From IMG/VR virus record IMGVR_UViG_3300045988_070658: a stretch of 42,032 nt of DNA; one strand, written 5' to 3'. Each line of letters starts with the position of its first letter. Within the stretch, counting starts at the first letter, position 1. The notes beneath the pieces are model-generated. The model saw only the letters and a list, made by a program, of their open reading frames with translations, was not told the DNA's origin and did not search any database. A program made the position numbers and the translations under genes. This document shows, one piece after another, positions 1 to 6,894 of this stretch. Origin of the DNA: a virus.

Positions 1-119
1 CAGTGGTCTGGACGGTAAGCCCCAGCGGCTATGCAACGGTATCCGCTGGCAAGGTAACTGCCGCGAAGGCCGGCACCTGTACGGTGACCGCCACCGCAGG
101 CGGCAAGAGCGCCAGCTGC
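1..119. repeat. Terminal direct repeat, left copy (identical to 41914-42032)
   Basis: Base-by-base comparison gives 119/119 identity. It lies inside a coding sequence, so it is more likely a circular-assembly overlap than a physical genome end. Confidence 0.9.
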
Positions 120-704
120 GCGGTAACGGTGGAAGTAGTGGAGACAGCACAGCTGATCTACAGTCTGCCCGGCGAGACCGTGCTGACCCAGGGACTGGAC
201 ACCGGCCTGAAGCTGCTGGAGCACGCCTCCACCGAGACGCCGCAATACACGATCCTAGTGGATGCGAAAGCGGGGGACGACTTTAATGCAAACACATGGC
301 CTGCCTTCCTGCACTGCCTGACCGAGACCGGCGATACCGACAATCTGCCCGGCTTCAACTCCACCAGCAGCCCGCTGAACAATAAGACCGAGTTCGCCTA
401 CTACAACTACGGCGGCGTGACCCTGTCAGACAGCATCGAACACCTCAAGACCCGTACGCGGTATGCAGTGCAGATTGACGGCAGAAAATATCGCGGCGGC
501 AGTACCTACTGCCCGCTGACCGAGTGGAAAACCACAAACGGCACAATCATAGATGTGCCCCAGACCTTCCTGATCGGTGCGGCGCAGAGCGCGGACGGCA
601 GCAAAAAGCAGCAGTTCTGGTCTGGTACGCTGTACCAGTGCAAGGTGTATAAAGGCCTGCTGAGTGACGACAAGGTGAACGATTACATCGAGAAGGGGTG
701 GTAA
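3..704 (+). CDS. Tail fibre / receptor-binding protein, C-terminal part (continues ORF 40197..42032 across the circular junction)
   Basis: Codon phase of 40197.. maps onto phase of nt 3 through the 119-nt overlap. Encodes the end of an Ig-like Big_2 domain (..GKSASCAVTV) and then a beta-rich domain of about 200 aa that is paralogous to the one encoded at about 41200-41790. Stop at 702-704. Confidence 0.8.
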   Translation: MVWTVSPSGYATVSAGKVTAAKAGTCTVTATAGGKSASCAVTVEVVETAQLIYSLPGETVLTQGLDTGLKLLEHASTETPQYTILVDAKAGDDFNANTWPAFLHCLTETGDTDNLPGFNSTSSPLNNKTEFAYYNYGGVTLSDSIEHLKTRTRYAVQIDGRKYRGGSTYCPLTEWKTTNGTIIDVPQTFLIGAAQSADGSKKQQFWSGTLYQCKVYKGLLSDDKVNDYIEKGW

Positions 705-705
705 A

Positions 706-1383
706 ATGGAAGTGTTTGACATCAATGGTCAGATCATCAGCCCGCTGGCGGGAAAAACACTGTACGTTGCGGGTGACAGCATCGCCTACGGCAAGGGCAG
801 CGCAGGCGGCTACGGCAAATGTATCGCAGACAAGTACGGCATGACCCTGACCAATGAAGCGGTGGACGGCGCAACGCTGACCCCGAATATTACCGATAAG
901 GTATACGGCGGCACGCGCGGCTGCATCAGCACGGTGGCGACAAACTCCACAGCGCTTGCAAAGGCAGACTACATCCTGTTGGAGGGCGGCGTGAATGATG
1001 CCTGGAACAACGCCCCTGTGGGCACCCTGACCGATGGCTTTGCCGCTGCCTACGATGAAACGACCATGACCGGCGCACTGGAGAAGATGCTGGACGATCT
1101 GGCAACGAATCACAGCGACAAGCGCGTGGCCTATGTATTCCCGCACGGCGGGATGTTTGCAGGCAGCGAAAACTGGTACAAGACCTATAAGCCTGCCATC
1201 CTTGCGGCGCTGAAAAAATGGGGCGTGCCCTACGTTGACATTGCGGAGACCACCCCGCCTATGGGAAAACACGGCGTCAGCGAACTGGGCGATAAGTATA
1301 CCAGCGACGGCACCCACCCCAACGCAGCAGGCTACGAGCGGTTTTATGTAGAGCCTATCGCTGCGCTGCTGAAGCGGCTGTAA
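706..1383 (+). CDS. SGNH/GDSL-family hydrolase (putative tail-associated esterase)
   Basis: Block I GDSIAYG (Ser nucleophile), block III GGVNDAW, block V DGTHPN (Asp-x-x-His). ATG lies 1 nt after the fibre stop. Confidence 0.75.
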   Translation: MEVFDINGQIISPLAGKTLYVAGDSIAYGKGSAGGYGKCIADKYGMTLTNEAVDGATLTPNITDKVYGGTRGCISTVATNSTALAKADYILLEGGVNDAWNNAPVGTLTDGFAAAYDETTMTGALEKMLDDLATNHSDKRVAYVFPHGGMFAGSENWYKTYKPAILAALKKWGVPYVDIAETTPPMGKHGVSELGDKYTSDGTHPNAAGYERFYVEPIAALLKRL

Positions 1384-1402
1384 GGAAAGGACGTGAAGTG
1401 AG

Positions 1403-1813
1403 ATGATCAGACAGTATAGCCTTGCAAAGGACGGCAACCGCAAACTTGCACCGAGCTTCAATACGCGGGAGTTCCGCTGCCGGGATGGTACCGATACCAT
1501 CCTCGTGGACGAAGCTCTGACCGTGGTGCTCCAGTGCATCCGGGAGCATTTCGGCAAGGCGGTGACGATCACCAGCGGCTACCGCACCCCCGAACACAAC
1601 GCCGAGGTAGGCGGCTCCAAGAGCAGCCAGCACCTGCTGGGCAGGGCGGCAGACATCCGGGTGCAGGGCGTGAGCGTGGAGGACATAGCTGCCTATGCCG
1701 AAAGCCTGATGCCGGACTGGGGCGGCGTAGGCCGCTACCCTGTCAAGGCGGGCAGAGCCACCGGCTGGGTGCACGTGGATACCCGGCAGAATAAGAGCAG
1801 ATGGACGCTGTAA
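1403..1813 (+). CDS. Peptidase M15 family (YcbK-like zinc D-Ala-D-Ala carboxypeptidase) endolysin
   Basis: SGYRTPEHNAEVGGSKSSQHLLGRAADI ... GWVHVD matches the H-x6-D...H zinc site of Peptidase_M15. It lies next to the holins. Confidence 0.75.
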   Translation: MIRQYSLAKDGNRKLAPSFNTREFRCRDGTDTILVDEALTVVLQCIREHFGKAVTITSGYRTPEHNAEVGGSKSSQHLLGRAADIRVQGVSVEDIAAYAESLMPDWGGVGRYPVKAGRATGWVHVDTRQNKSRWTL

Positions 1814-1826
1814 GGAGGATAGCCAC

Positions 1827-2111
1827 ATGGCAAGCTGTTTGATTTCTGATGCACCCTATGCAGCTTGGCTCTCTGACGTACTCGCTACGCTGGAGGAGCA
1901 CAAGGTCACCAAGATCGCCGTAGCAGCGCCCCTGCCCGGCGGCGAGGTATTCACCGGCTATTTTGCCATGGGCACCATGGACAAGGCTCTGATGGCGACC
2001 AACATTCAGGCAGACGCCACCATGGACGCGATCTGCGCCAATGGCCCGCTGATCCAGCAGGCCTGGGAGGACGCCGAAGAAAATGAGGACGACCCCGAGG
2101 AAGAGGTGTGA
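1827..2111 (+). CDS. Hypothetical acidic protein (94 aa) in the lysis cassette
   Basis: AGGA RBS, tight spacing, C-terminal acidic tail EDAEENEDDPEEEV. No family recognised. Confidence 0.5.
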   Translation: MASCLISDAPYAAWLSDVLATLEEHKVTKIAVAAPLPGGEVFTGYFAMGTMDKALMATNIQADATMDAICANGPLIQQAWEDAEENEDDPEEEV

Positions 2112-2116
2112 CACCA

Positions 2117-2350
2117 ATGGAGAGCATCATCTCGGCCATCATCGCAGGGGCGGTGACCCTGATCGGCGTGCTGATCGCTAACGGAAAAAGCCAAGCGGTA
2201 ACCGAGTACAAGATCGAAGAACTGACCCGGGAGGTGCGCAGGCATAACAATTTTGCCGAGCGCGTCCCGGTGATGGAAGAACAGATGAAGGTGGTGAATC
2301 ACCGCCTTGCGGATCTGGAAACACACGAGCACGAAAGAGAAAGGATCTAA
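2117..2350 (+). CDS. Small membrane / coiled-coil lysis-associated protein (XhlA-like or holin accessory)
   Basis: N-terminal TM segment IISAIIAGAVTLIGVLIANG followed by a charged helix. ATG 2117 has better RBS spacing than GTG 2108 in the ORF track. Confidence 0.5.
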   Translation: MESIISAIIAGAVTLIGVLIANGKSQAVTEYKIEELTREVRRHNNFAERVPVMEEQMKVVNHRLADLETHEHERERI

Positions 2351-2352
2351 CT

Positions 2353-2619
2353 ATGAAGGCAAATACTTACAACGCACCCACTATCTCTGCAGGCACTATC
2401 GCCCGTACTGCTTGCCTGCTGCTGGCACTGGCCAATCAGGTGCTGAGCGCTCTGGGCAAGCCCGTGCTGCCCATCGAGAGCGCCACCGTGGAACAGCTGG
2501 TGACGGCGGGCATTACCACTGTCACCGCCCTTGTGGCGTGGTGGAAGAACAACTCCTTCACGCCCGCCGCGCTGGAAGCAGACAAGACCTTTGACCGCCT
2601 GAAGGCGCAGGGTAAGTAA
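2353..2619 (+). CDS. Holin, phage phi LC3-like family
   Basis: 88 aa with two hydrophobic segments and the characteristic ..ALVAWWKNNSFTPAA.. motif. Confidence 0.7.
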   Translation: MKANTYNAPTISAGTIARTACLLLALANQVLSALGKPVLPIESATVEQLVTAGITTVTALVAWWKNNSFTPAALEADKTFDRLKAQGK

Positions 2620-2767
2620 GACCGCTACACGACGCTGCAGCGCCATGTCCCCTGCCCGCCTCCTGGCAGTGCGTACCATGCAGGGGACGCCGTACAAAGG
2701 ACGCTGGTGTCTCCCCATTTGACTACTCCCGGAAGCCCATAGGGCGCAACCGCCGGGCGATCTGAAA

Positions 2768-2809
2768 AGGCCGCAGTTTCCATTCTGAGGAAGCTGCGGC
2801 CTGTTTTTA
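2768..2809 (+). terminator. Rho-independent terminator ending the late/lysis operon
   Basis: 14-bp stem 2768-2781 / 2789-2802 (one G-U), 7-nt loop, then GTTTTTA. Confidence 0.8.
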
Positions 2810-2853
2810 TGCAGAGCATTTATTACTAAAAGTCACGGTCACGCCTTGCTTTT

Positions 2854-2889
2854 CTGGATACAAAGCTGACTACAAAACTGACTACAAAA
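2854..2889 (+). repeat. Three tandem 12-mers (CTGGATACAAAG, CTGACTACAAAA x2), putative integrase arm-type sites
   Basis: Exact head-to-tail 12-bp register. Core (A/C)TACAA recurs at 3065-3070 and 3077-3082 on the other side of the att core, in the same orientation. Confidence 0.55.
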
Positions 2890-2941
2890 CGCCTGCAAAA
2901 CCGCGCATTATTGAGCAGTATCCGGCAGTATTGGAATCTCC

Positions 2942-2991
2942 GAGAAAAAGAAAAATCCGCGATGCATCGAAATTTTATCGATACATCGCGG
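2942..2991 (-). terminator. Terminator positioned to serve the reconstituted tRNA gene after integration
   Basis: On the minus strand, directly after ..CGCACCA. Hairpin arms 2957-2970 / 2978-2991 (13 of 14 bp) are followed by ATTTTTCTTTTTCTC. Confidence 0.6.
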
Positions 2992-2999
2992 ATAACTTC

Positions 3000-3022
3000 T
3001 GGTGCGAGGGAGGGGACTCGAA
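3000..3022 (-). other. attP core: 23-nt tRNA 3'-end fragment (TTCGAGTCCCCTCCCTCGCACCA)
   Basis: The minus strand reads T-loop, T-stem 3' strand, acceptor 3' strand, discriminator A and CCA. The sequence 5' of it cannot form the T-stem, so this is a fragment and not a gene. It is 72 nt from the integrase stop. Confidence 0.7.
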
Positions 3023-3062
3023 GCTCTGTCAGTTTACAAATTGCCGTTCTTTTTCAGAAAAG

Positions 3063-3083
3063 TGCTACAATTTTACTACAAAG
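3063..3083 (+). repeat. Two further (A/C)TACAA sites (GCTACAAT, ACTACAAAG) on the int-proximal arm
   Basis: Same core and orientation as the 2854-2889 repeats. They flank the att core. Confidence 0.45.
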
Positions 3084-3094
3084 GAGTCAAAAAG

Positions 3095-4252
3095 TCAAGG
3101 ATTTTTGCTGACATAAGCGTCCAACAGAGCCGTATATTTTTGCGTTTCGTCCTCCCGCAGATGCTGGTAAATGCGCCGGGTGGTCATGATATCCGCATGA
3201 CCCAGAAGCTGCTGCGCCACCATATCCGGCACACCTGCGTAGAACAGATTTGTGGCGAACAGATGCCGGAACTGATGCGCCGTAACCAGTGGCCGGAACT
3301 CCTGACGCTGTACAGTGCGCTCCGGGCGAAGCGATGTGCCTGGTATCTTCGCTTCTCTGGTGTAGCTCTCGCATAAACCGATGTCCCGGCAGTACATCGT
3401 CCAGCGGCGGCTATACTGGCTCTGCGTAAGGGGCTTATCTGTGCCGGACAGCACATAGTCCTCCGGGCGGTGGGCAGCCTTCCCTGCTTCCAGCAGAGGA
3501 CGCAGCGGGCTGAGGATCGGGACAGAGCGGTACGCTTTCTTTGTTTTCAGCAGTTCCTTATACGGCTGGTTACGGCTCCACGGCATGGCCTGCACCGGCG
3601 TGATGACCCCGGCATCCAGATCTACGTCCTTCCACTGCAAGCCGTTTGCTTCGCCCATGCGCAGCCCGGTGTATTCAAAGAGCCACGCCCAGAATCCGCA
3701 GCCCTCGGGGTGGGCGTTGATGATCTCCCGCTGTTCCTCGGTAGGCTCTTCCCTGCCGCCCTCCGGCAGCCCGGCGGGGAGCTTTGCCAGCGGCACAGGA
3801 TTCCCGGTGCCGTGGTACTCCGCGCACCAATAGGAGAACACGCAGGACAGCACGCTCTTTGCGTTTTTGACCGAGTGCTTGCTCTTGCCCTGCGTTTTCA
3901 GAAGCTCCAGATACCCCCGCACCGCTTGCGCGTCGATATCCTGCATCGGGGTATCCCCGAAGTACGCGCGCATGGGCGGGAAGTTCTTGCAGTAGGCGTT
4001 CACCGTACCGCGCCGCACCGGAGAAGCATCGCTCTTGATATACTCCTCATACGCCACCGACACCACCCGAAACGTGTAGCGCTTTTCCTTCGGGGTCATG
4101 GATTCGATTTTGTAGTCCAGCACGGCCTGCTGGTATTTACGCTCCGCCTCGGCTTTGGATCTGCCATAAAAGACCCTGGGCTTTGGCAGTCCGGCGCTCC
4201 GGTGGATGCACACCCGGCCATCCGGGCGCTTTGTCTTTTTCGTTTCAGCCAT
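3095..4252 (-). CDS. int: Tyrosine recombinase / phage integrase
   Basis: C-terminal catalytic region ..HQFRHLFATNLF..LLGHADIMTTRRIYQHL (R..HxxR..Y signature). Start chosen at ATG 4252 (MAETKKTK) with GGAGGTG RBS at 4259-4265. The ORF-track extension to 4294 overlaps a plus-strand promoter. Confidence 0.9.
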   Translation of the reverse strand: MAETKKTKRPDGRVCIHRSAGLPKPRVFYGRSKAEAERKYQQAVLDYKIESMTPKEKRYTFRVVSVAYEEYIKSDASPVRRGTVNAYCKNFPPMRAYFGDTPMQDIDAQAVRGYLELLKTQGKSKHSVKNAKSVLSCVFSYWCAEYHGTGNPVPLAKLPAGLPEGGREEPTEEQREIINAHPEGCGFWAWLFEYTGLRMGEANGLQWKDVDLDAGVITPVQAMPWSRNQPYKELLKTKKAYRSVPILSPLRPLLEAGKAAHRPEDYVLSGTDKPLTQSQYSRRWTMYCRDIGLCESYTREAKIPGTSLRPERTVQRQEFRPLVTAHQFRHLFATNLFYAGVPDMVAQQLLGHADIMTTRRIYQHLREDETQKYTALLDAYVSKNP

Positions 4253-4277
4253 AACAACACCTCCAAAAGGGTACACT

Positions 4278-4306
4278 TTGACAAGCCCGCCCAAATGAGG
4301 TATAAT
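4278..4306 (+). promoter_or_regulatory. Perfect consensus sigma70-type promoter TTGACA-N17-TATAAT, divergent from int
   Basis: TTGACA 4278-4283, 17-nt spacer, TATAAT 4301-4306. Confidence 0.7.
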
Positions 4307-4309
4307 CGC

Positions 4310-4393
4310 ATTGTTGGTGTGCGATGACCCCGCAAGGGTGAGCCGCTTATTTTACGCTCTCGGTGTTCCAGCACCGGGGGCGTTTTTGTTTTT
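4310..4393 (+). ncRNA. Putative small RNA of about 80 nt (promoter-to-terminator unit)
   Basis: Begins about 7 nt after the -10. Has a CCC-GCAA-GGG tetraloop hairpin at 4329-4338. Intrinsic terminator stem 4355-4365 / 4372-4382 (two G-U pairs) plus T5GT5 at 4383-4393. No credible ORF or RBS. Confidence 0.5.
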
Positions 4394-4420
4394 CAGGTCT
4401 GCTTGCCGCAGCATACCGCT

Positions 4421-4651
4421 GCAACAAAAGTTTAGTTGTTTTCAACATTTGTCCGTCTACAAACCTGCGCAACGCTTGTAGACACGAAAAAGTGAGTATC
4501 CGTGCAGGTTTTCGGGTTTCAACATACAGAACATACGAAATCTCTTATAAAGACCCTGAATAGAAGAAAAGAAGAGTATACACGCATAGGAACAGCTTTA
4601 TATTCTTCCCGTGAGGGATTTATAGGTTTTTCGTATGCTTTGTATGCTCGG
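4421..4651 (+). repeat. Structured AT-rich repeat element, copy A (231 nt)
   Basis: Collinear with 29338-29568. Hairpin 1 at 4455-4483. Long imperfect hairpin 4521-4648 with arms made of tandem 9-mers ACATACAGA/ACATACGAA and their complement. Confidence 0.85.
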
Positions 4652-4665
4652 CGTGGGACGGCAGA

Positions 4666-5508
4666 TCAGTAGACCTTCCGGCACTCGATCACCTTGCCCA
4701 GCACCCTGACCGGGACCTTTCGTGGGTCGTAGATCTGCGGCTGGTGGGCGGGGTTCAGGCTCCGGGGCGTCAAGATCACCAGTTCCCCTTCTCTGCGGAA
4801 GGTTTTCACCGTGGCTTCATCCCCATTGACCAGCACCACCGCGATCTCGCCGTTCTCCACCTCCGGCTGCTCCCGGACAAGGATCTGGTCGCCGTCATCC
4901 ATTCCGGCGGCGTTCATGCTATCGCCCCGGATATTCAGCCAGAAATAAACAGCGCCGTCCGTTTGCCGGATGGGGATGTACCCCTCGATATTCTCCTCGG
5001 CATACATGGGCAGTCCAGCCCGGACAGTACCCAGCAGCGGAGCGACCTGTGCCATAATGCACGGTGTAGCTCCCACTCGCTTCTTCCAGTCAGCGCCCTC
5101 GTGGTCCTCCACCACGGGGGCGTTTTTCTTTTTGTCCAGAGCATCCGCCTGCCGCATTTTGCAAGCTTCATCGGCCTGTTCCCGGTCGATCTCCTGCCAA
5201 GCCTGCCACGCCTTGGAGTAATCCCCACCACAGCTTTGCAGCACAGCGTCCCACCGGGGACCGTAGACATTGGCAAGCCGGGCGTCCGGGTCGCTGTCCC
5301 AATCGTAGGAATCATCGGTTTCGTCCAGAAGGTAGTCCAAGGACACCTCGAAATAATCAGCGAGCTTTTTCAGCTGGGCAGTCTGTGGTGTTCGCCCCAG
5401 ATTCTTCCAAGTGGACACCGTGCCCTTGCTGATACCGGCTTCTACCGCAACCGCCGAGGGACTTTTTCCTACGGACTTGCAGAGCTTGCGATACTTGTCA
5501 TAAAACAT
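4666..5508 (-). CDS. CI-like repressor (XRE HTH + LexA/S24 peptidase domain)
   Basis: N-terminal HTH ..SPSAVAVEAGISKGTVSTWKN.. and C-terminal S24 motifs GDSMNAAG .. GEIAVVLVNGDEATVKTF. A linker of about 100 aa separates them. Divergent from the cro-like gene. Confidence 0.85.
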   Translation of the reverse strand: MFYDKYRKLCKSVGKSPSAVAVEAGISKGTVSTWKNLGRTPQTAQLKKLADYFEVSLDYLLDETDDSYDWDSDPDARLANVYGPRWDAVLQSCGGDYSKAWQAWQEIDREQADEACKMRQADALDKKKNAPVVEDHEGADWKKRVGATPCIMAQVAPLLGTVRAGLPMYAEENIEGYIPIRQTDGAVYFWLNIRGDSMNAAGMDDGDQILVREQPEVENGEIAVVLVNGDEATVKTFRREGELVILTPRSLNPAHQPQIYDPRKVPVRVLGKVIECRKVY

Positions 5509-5705
5509 AGTTTACCTCCATAGACTTTGTGCAAATCGTCAAAGTTTAGCAAAGCGCACTCTCAGGGCTTGAAAAGTCTACGCAAATGAACTATACTACG
5601 CACAGCGGTTCACAAGAATAGACTTTCAACTCAATCTCGCAAGTTGAGTATACCACATTTGTTTATTTTTGTAAACAATTTTCGCAAAGAAAGGAGTACG
5701 TACGC
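5509..5705. promoter_or_regulatory. Immunity switch region with repeated operator-like half-sites TAGACTTT
   Basis: TAGACTTT at 5521-5528 and 5619-5626 (direct) and 5573-5580 (inverted). Palindrome TTGTTTA-N6-TAAACAA at about 5659-5678. Lies between divergent repressor genes. Confidence 0.55.
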
Positions 5706-5912
5706 GTGAACTTATCGTGGCAAGCAGAGGTCTGGGCTTTGATGAAGGATAACGGAATCAGCCGCAGCGACCTCGCCAAGGCCGCAGGTGTTACACCCGG
5801 GTACACCTCCATGGTGCTAAGCCGGAAGCGCAACCCGGCGGGTGCAGAAACGAAGTTCCGAGCAGCCCTTCAGACGCTGCTGGACGAGAAGGAGGAAACG
5901 CACGGTGAATGA
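5706..5912 (+). CDS. Cro-like HTH regulator
   Basis: GTG start 9 nt after AAGGAG. HTH ISRSDLAKAAGVTPGYTSMVLS. Divergent from cI. Confidence 0.7.
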   Translation: MNLSWQAEVWALMKDNGISRSDLAKAAGVTPGYTSMVLSRKRNPAGAETKFRAALQTLLDEKEETHGE

Positions 5913-6666
5913 GATCATGGTGTTCATCGACCACAATCAACTGGTCGTATCCAGCCGGGAGGTTGCCGCAAATTTCGGTAAAAATCACAAGGACACACTG
6001 GACAACATCCGCCAGATTTTGGCGGCGGAAAATCCCGCCACGAAATCCATGTTTCACGAGACATCATTTGAGAACCGGGGCAAGCGGTACCCGATGTACC
6101 TGATGAACCGGGACGGCTTCACGCTACTGGCGATGGGCTTCACGGGCAAGGCAGCGCTGGAATGGAAGATCAAGTACATCGCCGCATTCAACGCGATGGA
6201 GCAGCAGCTGAACCAGAGACAGCCCGACCTCTCTGAGCTTTCGCCGGAGCTGCGGTGCCTGATCCGGCTGGAACAGCGGCAGAAGCAGCAGGCGCAGGAG
6301 CTTGTCCGGCTGAACCAGAAGCTCGACCAGCTGCAGGGCACGGGGGCCTTTGGCACCGGCGGCTGGCGCAGGGAGAGCGCCCGGATCATTGCCCGTATCG
6401 CACAGGCCCGGGGTGGCGCGCAGTACGGCCCGAACGTCTATCAGGCGGCATACACCCTGCTGGAAGAGCGGGAGCATTGCAGCCTTACCGACCGGCTCGA
6501 AGCGCTCCGCAGCAAGCAGCGCCAGCAGGGCATGAGCAAGACCCGGGCAGGCCGATTGACCAAGATGGACGCCATCGCAGCCAGCCCGGAGTCGGTCGAG
6601 CACTGGCTGAAGATCCTGCACGAGATGGAAGCCCGGTACTGCACCGCTGCACCTGAGAAGGAGTAA
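5905..6666 (+). CDS. Rha-family phage regulatory protein / antirepressor-like
   Basis: N-terminal ..LVVSSREVAANFGKNHKDTLDNIRQI.. is typical of Phage_pRha. Start GTG 5905 (RBS AAGGAGGA 5889-5896) or ATG 5917. The ORF-track start at 5842 is probably upstream read-through. Confidence 0.7.
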   Translation: MNEIMVFIDHNQLVVSSREVAANFGKNHKDTLDNIRQILAAENPATKSMFHETSFENRGKRYPMYLMNRDGFTLLAMGFTGKAALEWKIKYIAAFNAMEQQLNQRQPDLSELSPELRCLIRLEQRQKQQAQELVRLNQKLDQLQGTGAFGTGGWRRESARIIARIAQARGGAQYGPNVYQAAYTLLEEREHCSLTDRLEALRSKQRQQGMSKTRAGRLTKMDAIAASPESVEHWLKILHEMEARYCTAAPEKE

Positions 6667-6672
6667 CCACCC

Positions 6673-6882
6673 ATGAAACGCCCGGAAGCCTGGCACGACG
6701 CTTACAGAGCCATCTACGGCAGCATCGGCTGCATCCGCCTGACCGTGACGCAGGCCGCCGCCCAGATGGGCACCACCCCAAAGCGGGTCACGCAGCAGTA
6801 CCCGTCCGGCTGGAGCGGTCAGGGGCGGGGCAAGACCATCCGGCTGGATACCCTGCTGGATCAAGAATTCAAACTTTACTGA
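6673..6882 (+). CDS. Small HTH protein, possible excisionase-like (MerR/Xis-type)
   Basis: LTVTQAAAQMGTTPKRVTQ followed by ..GKTIRLDTLLDQEF resembles HTH_17 excisionases. AAGGAG RBS. Confidence 0.4.
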   Translation: MKRPEAWHDAYRAIYGSIGCIRLTVTQAAAQMGTTPKRVTQQYPSGWSGQGRGKTIRLDTLLDQEFKLY

Positions 6883-6894
6883 GGAGGAACGCAC

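Noticed and set aside
2620-2767. 148-nt non-coding stretch after the holin gene, with a 9-bp GC hairpin (GTCCCCTGC 2646-2654 / GCAGGGGAC 2679-2687).
   Set aside because: It is a single hairpin with a 24-nt loop and no U-tract. It has no second copy or recognisable motif, so there is too little evidence to call an element. The minus-strand ORF 2625-2819 has no RBS and runs through the terminator.
3000-3075. Possible complete tRNA gene on the minus strand next to int.
   Set aside because: Only the last 23 nt (T-loop to CCA) are tRNA-like. The sequence 5' of it cannot pair to form the T-stem, anticodon arm or acceptor stem. I interpret it as the attP core fragment.
4253-4294. N-terminal extension of the integrase ORF to 4294 given in the ORF track.
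   Set aside because: ATG 4252 has a GGAGGTG RBS at ideal spacing. The extension also overlaps the consensus plus-strand promoter at 4278-4306.
4363-4563. Small ORFs inside the repeat elements: 4363-4563 plus, 15004-15225 minus, 29436-29630 minus and 14792-15082 minus.
   Set aside because: They are on different strands and frames in the three copies, so no reading frame is conserved. They have no RBS, give low-complexity translations, and span terminator and hairpin sequences.
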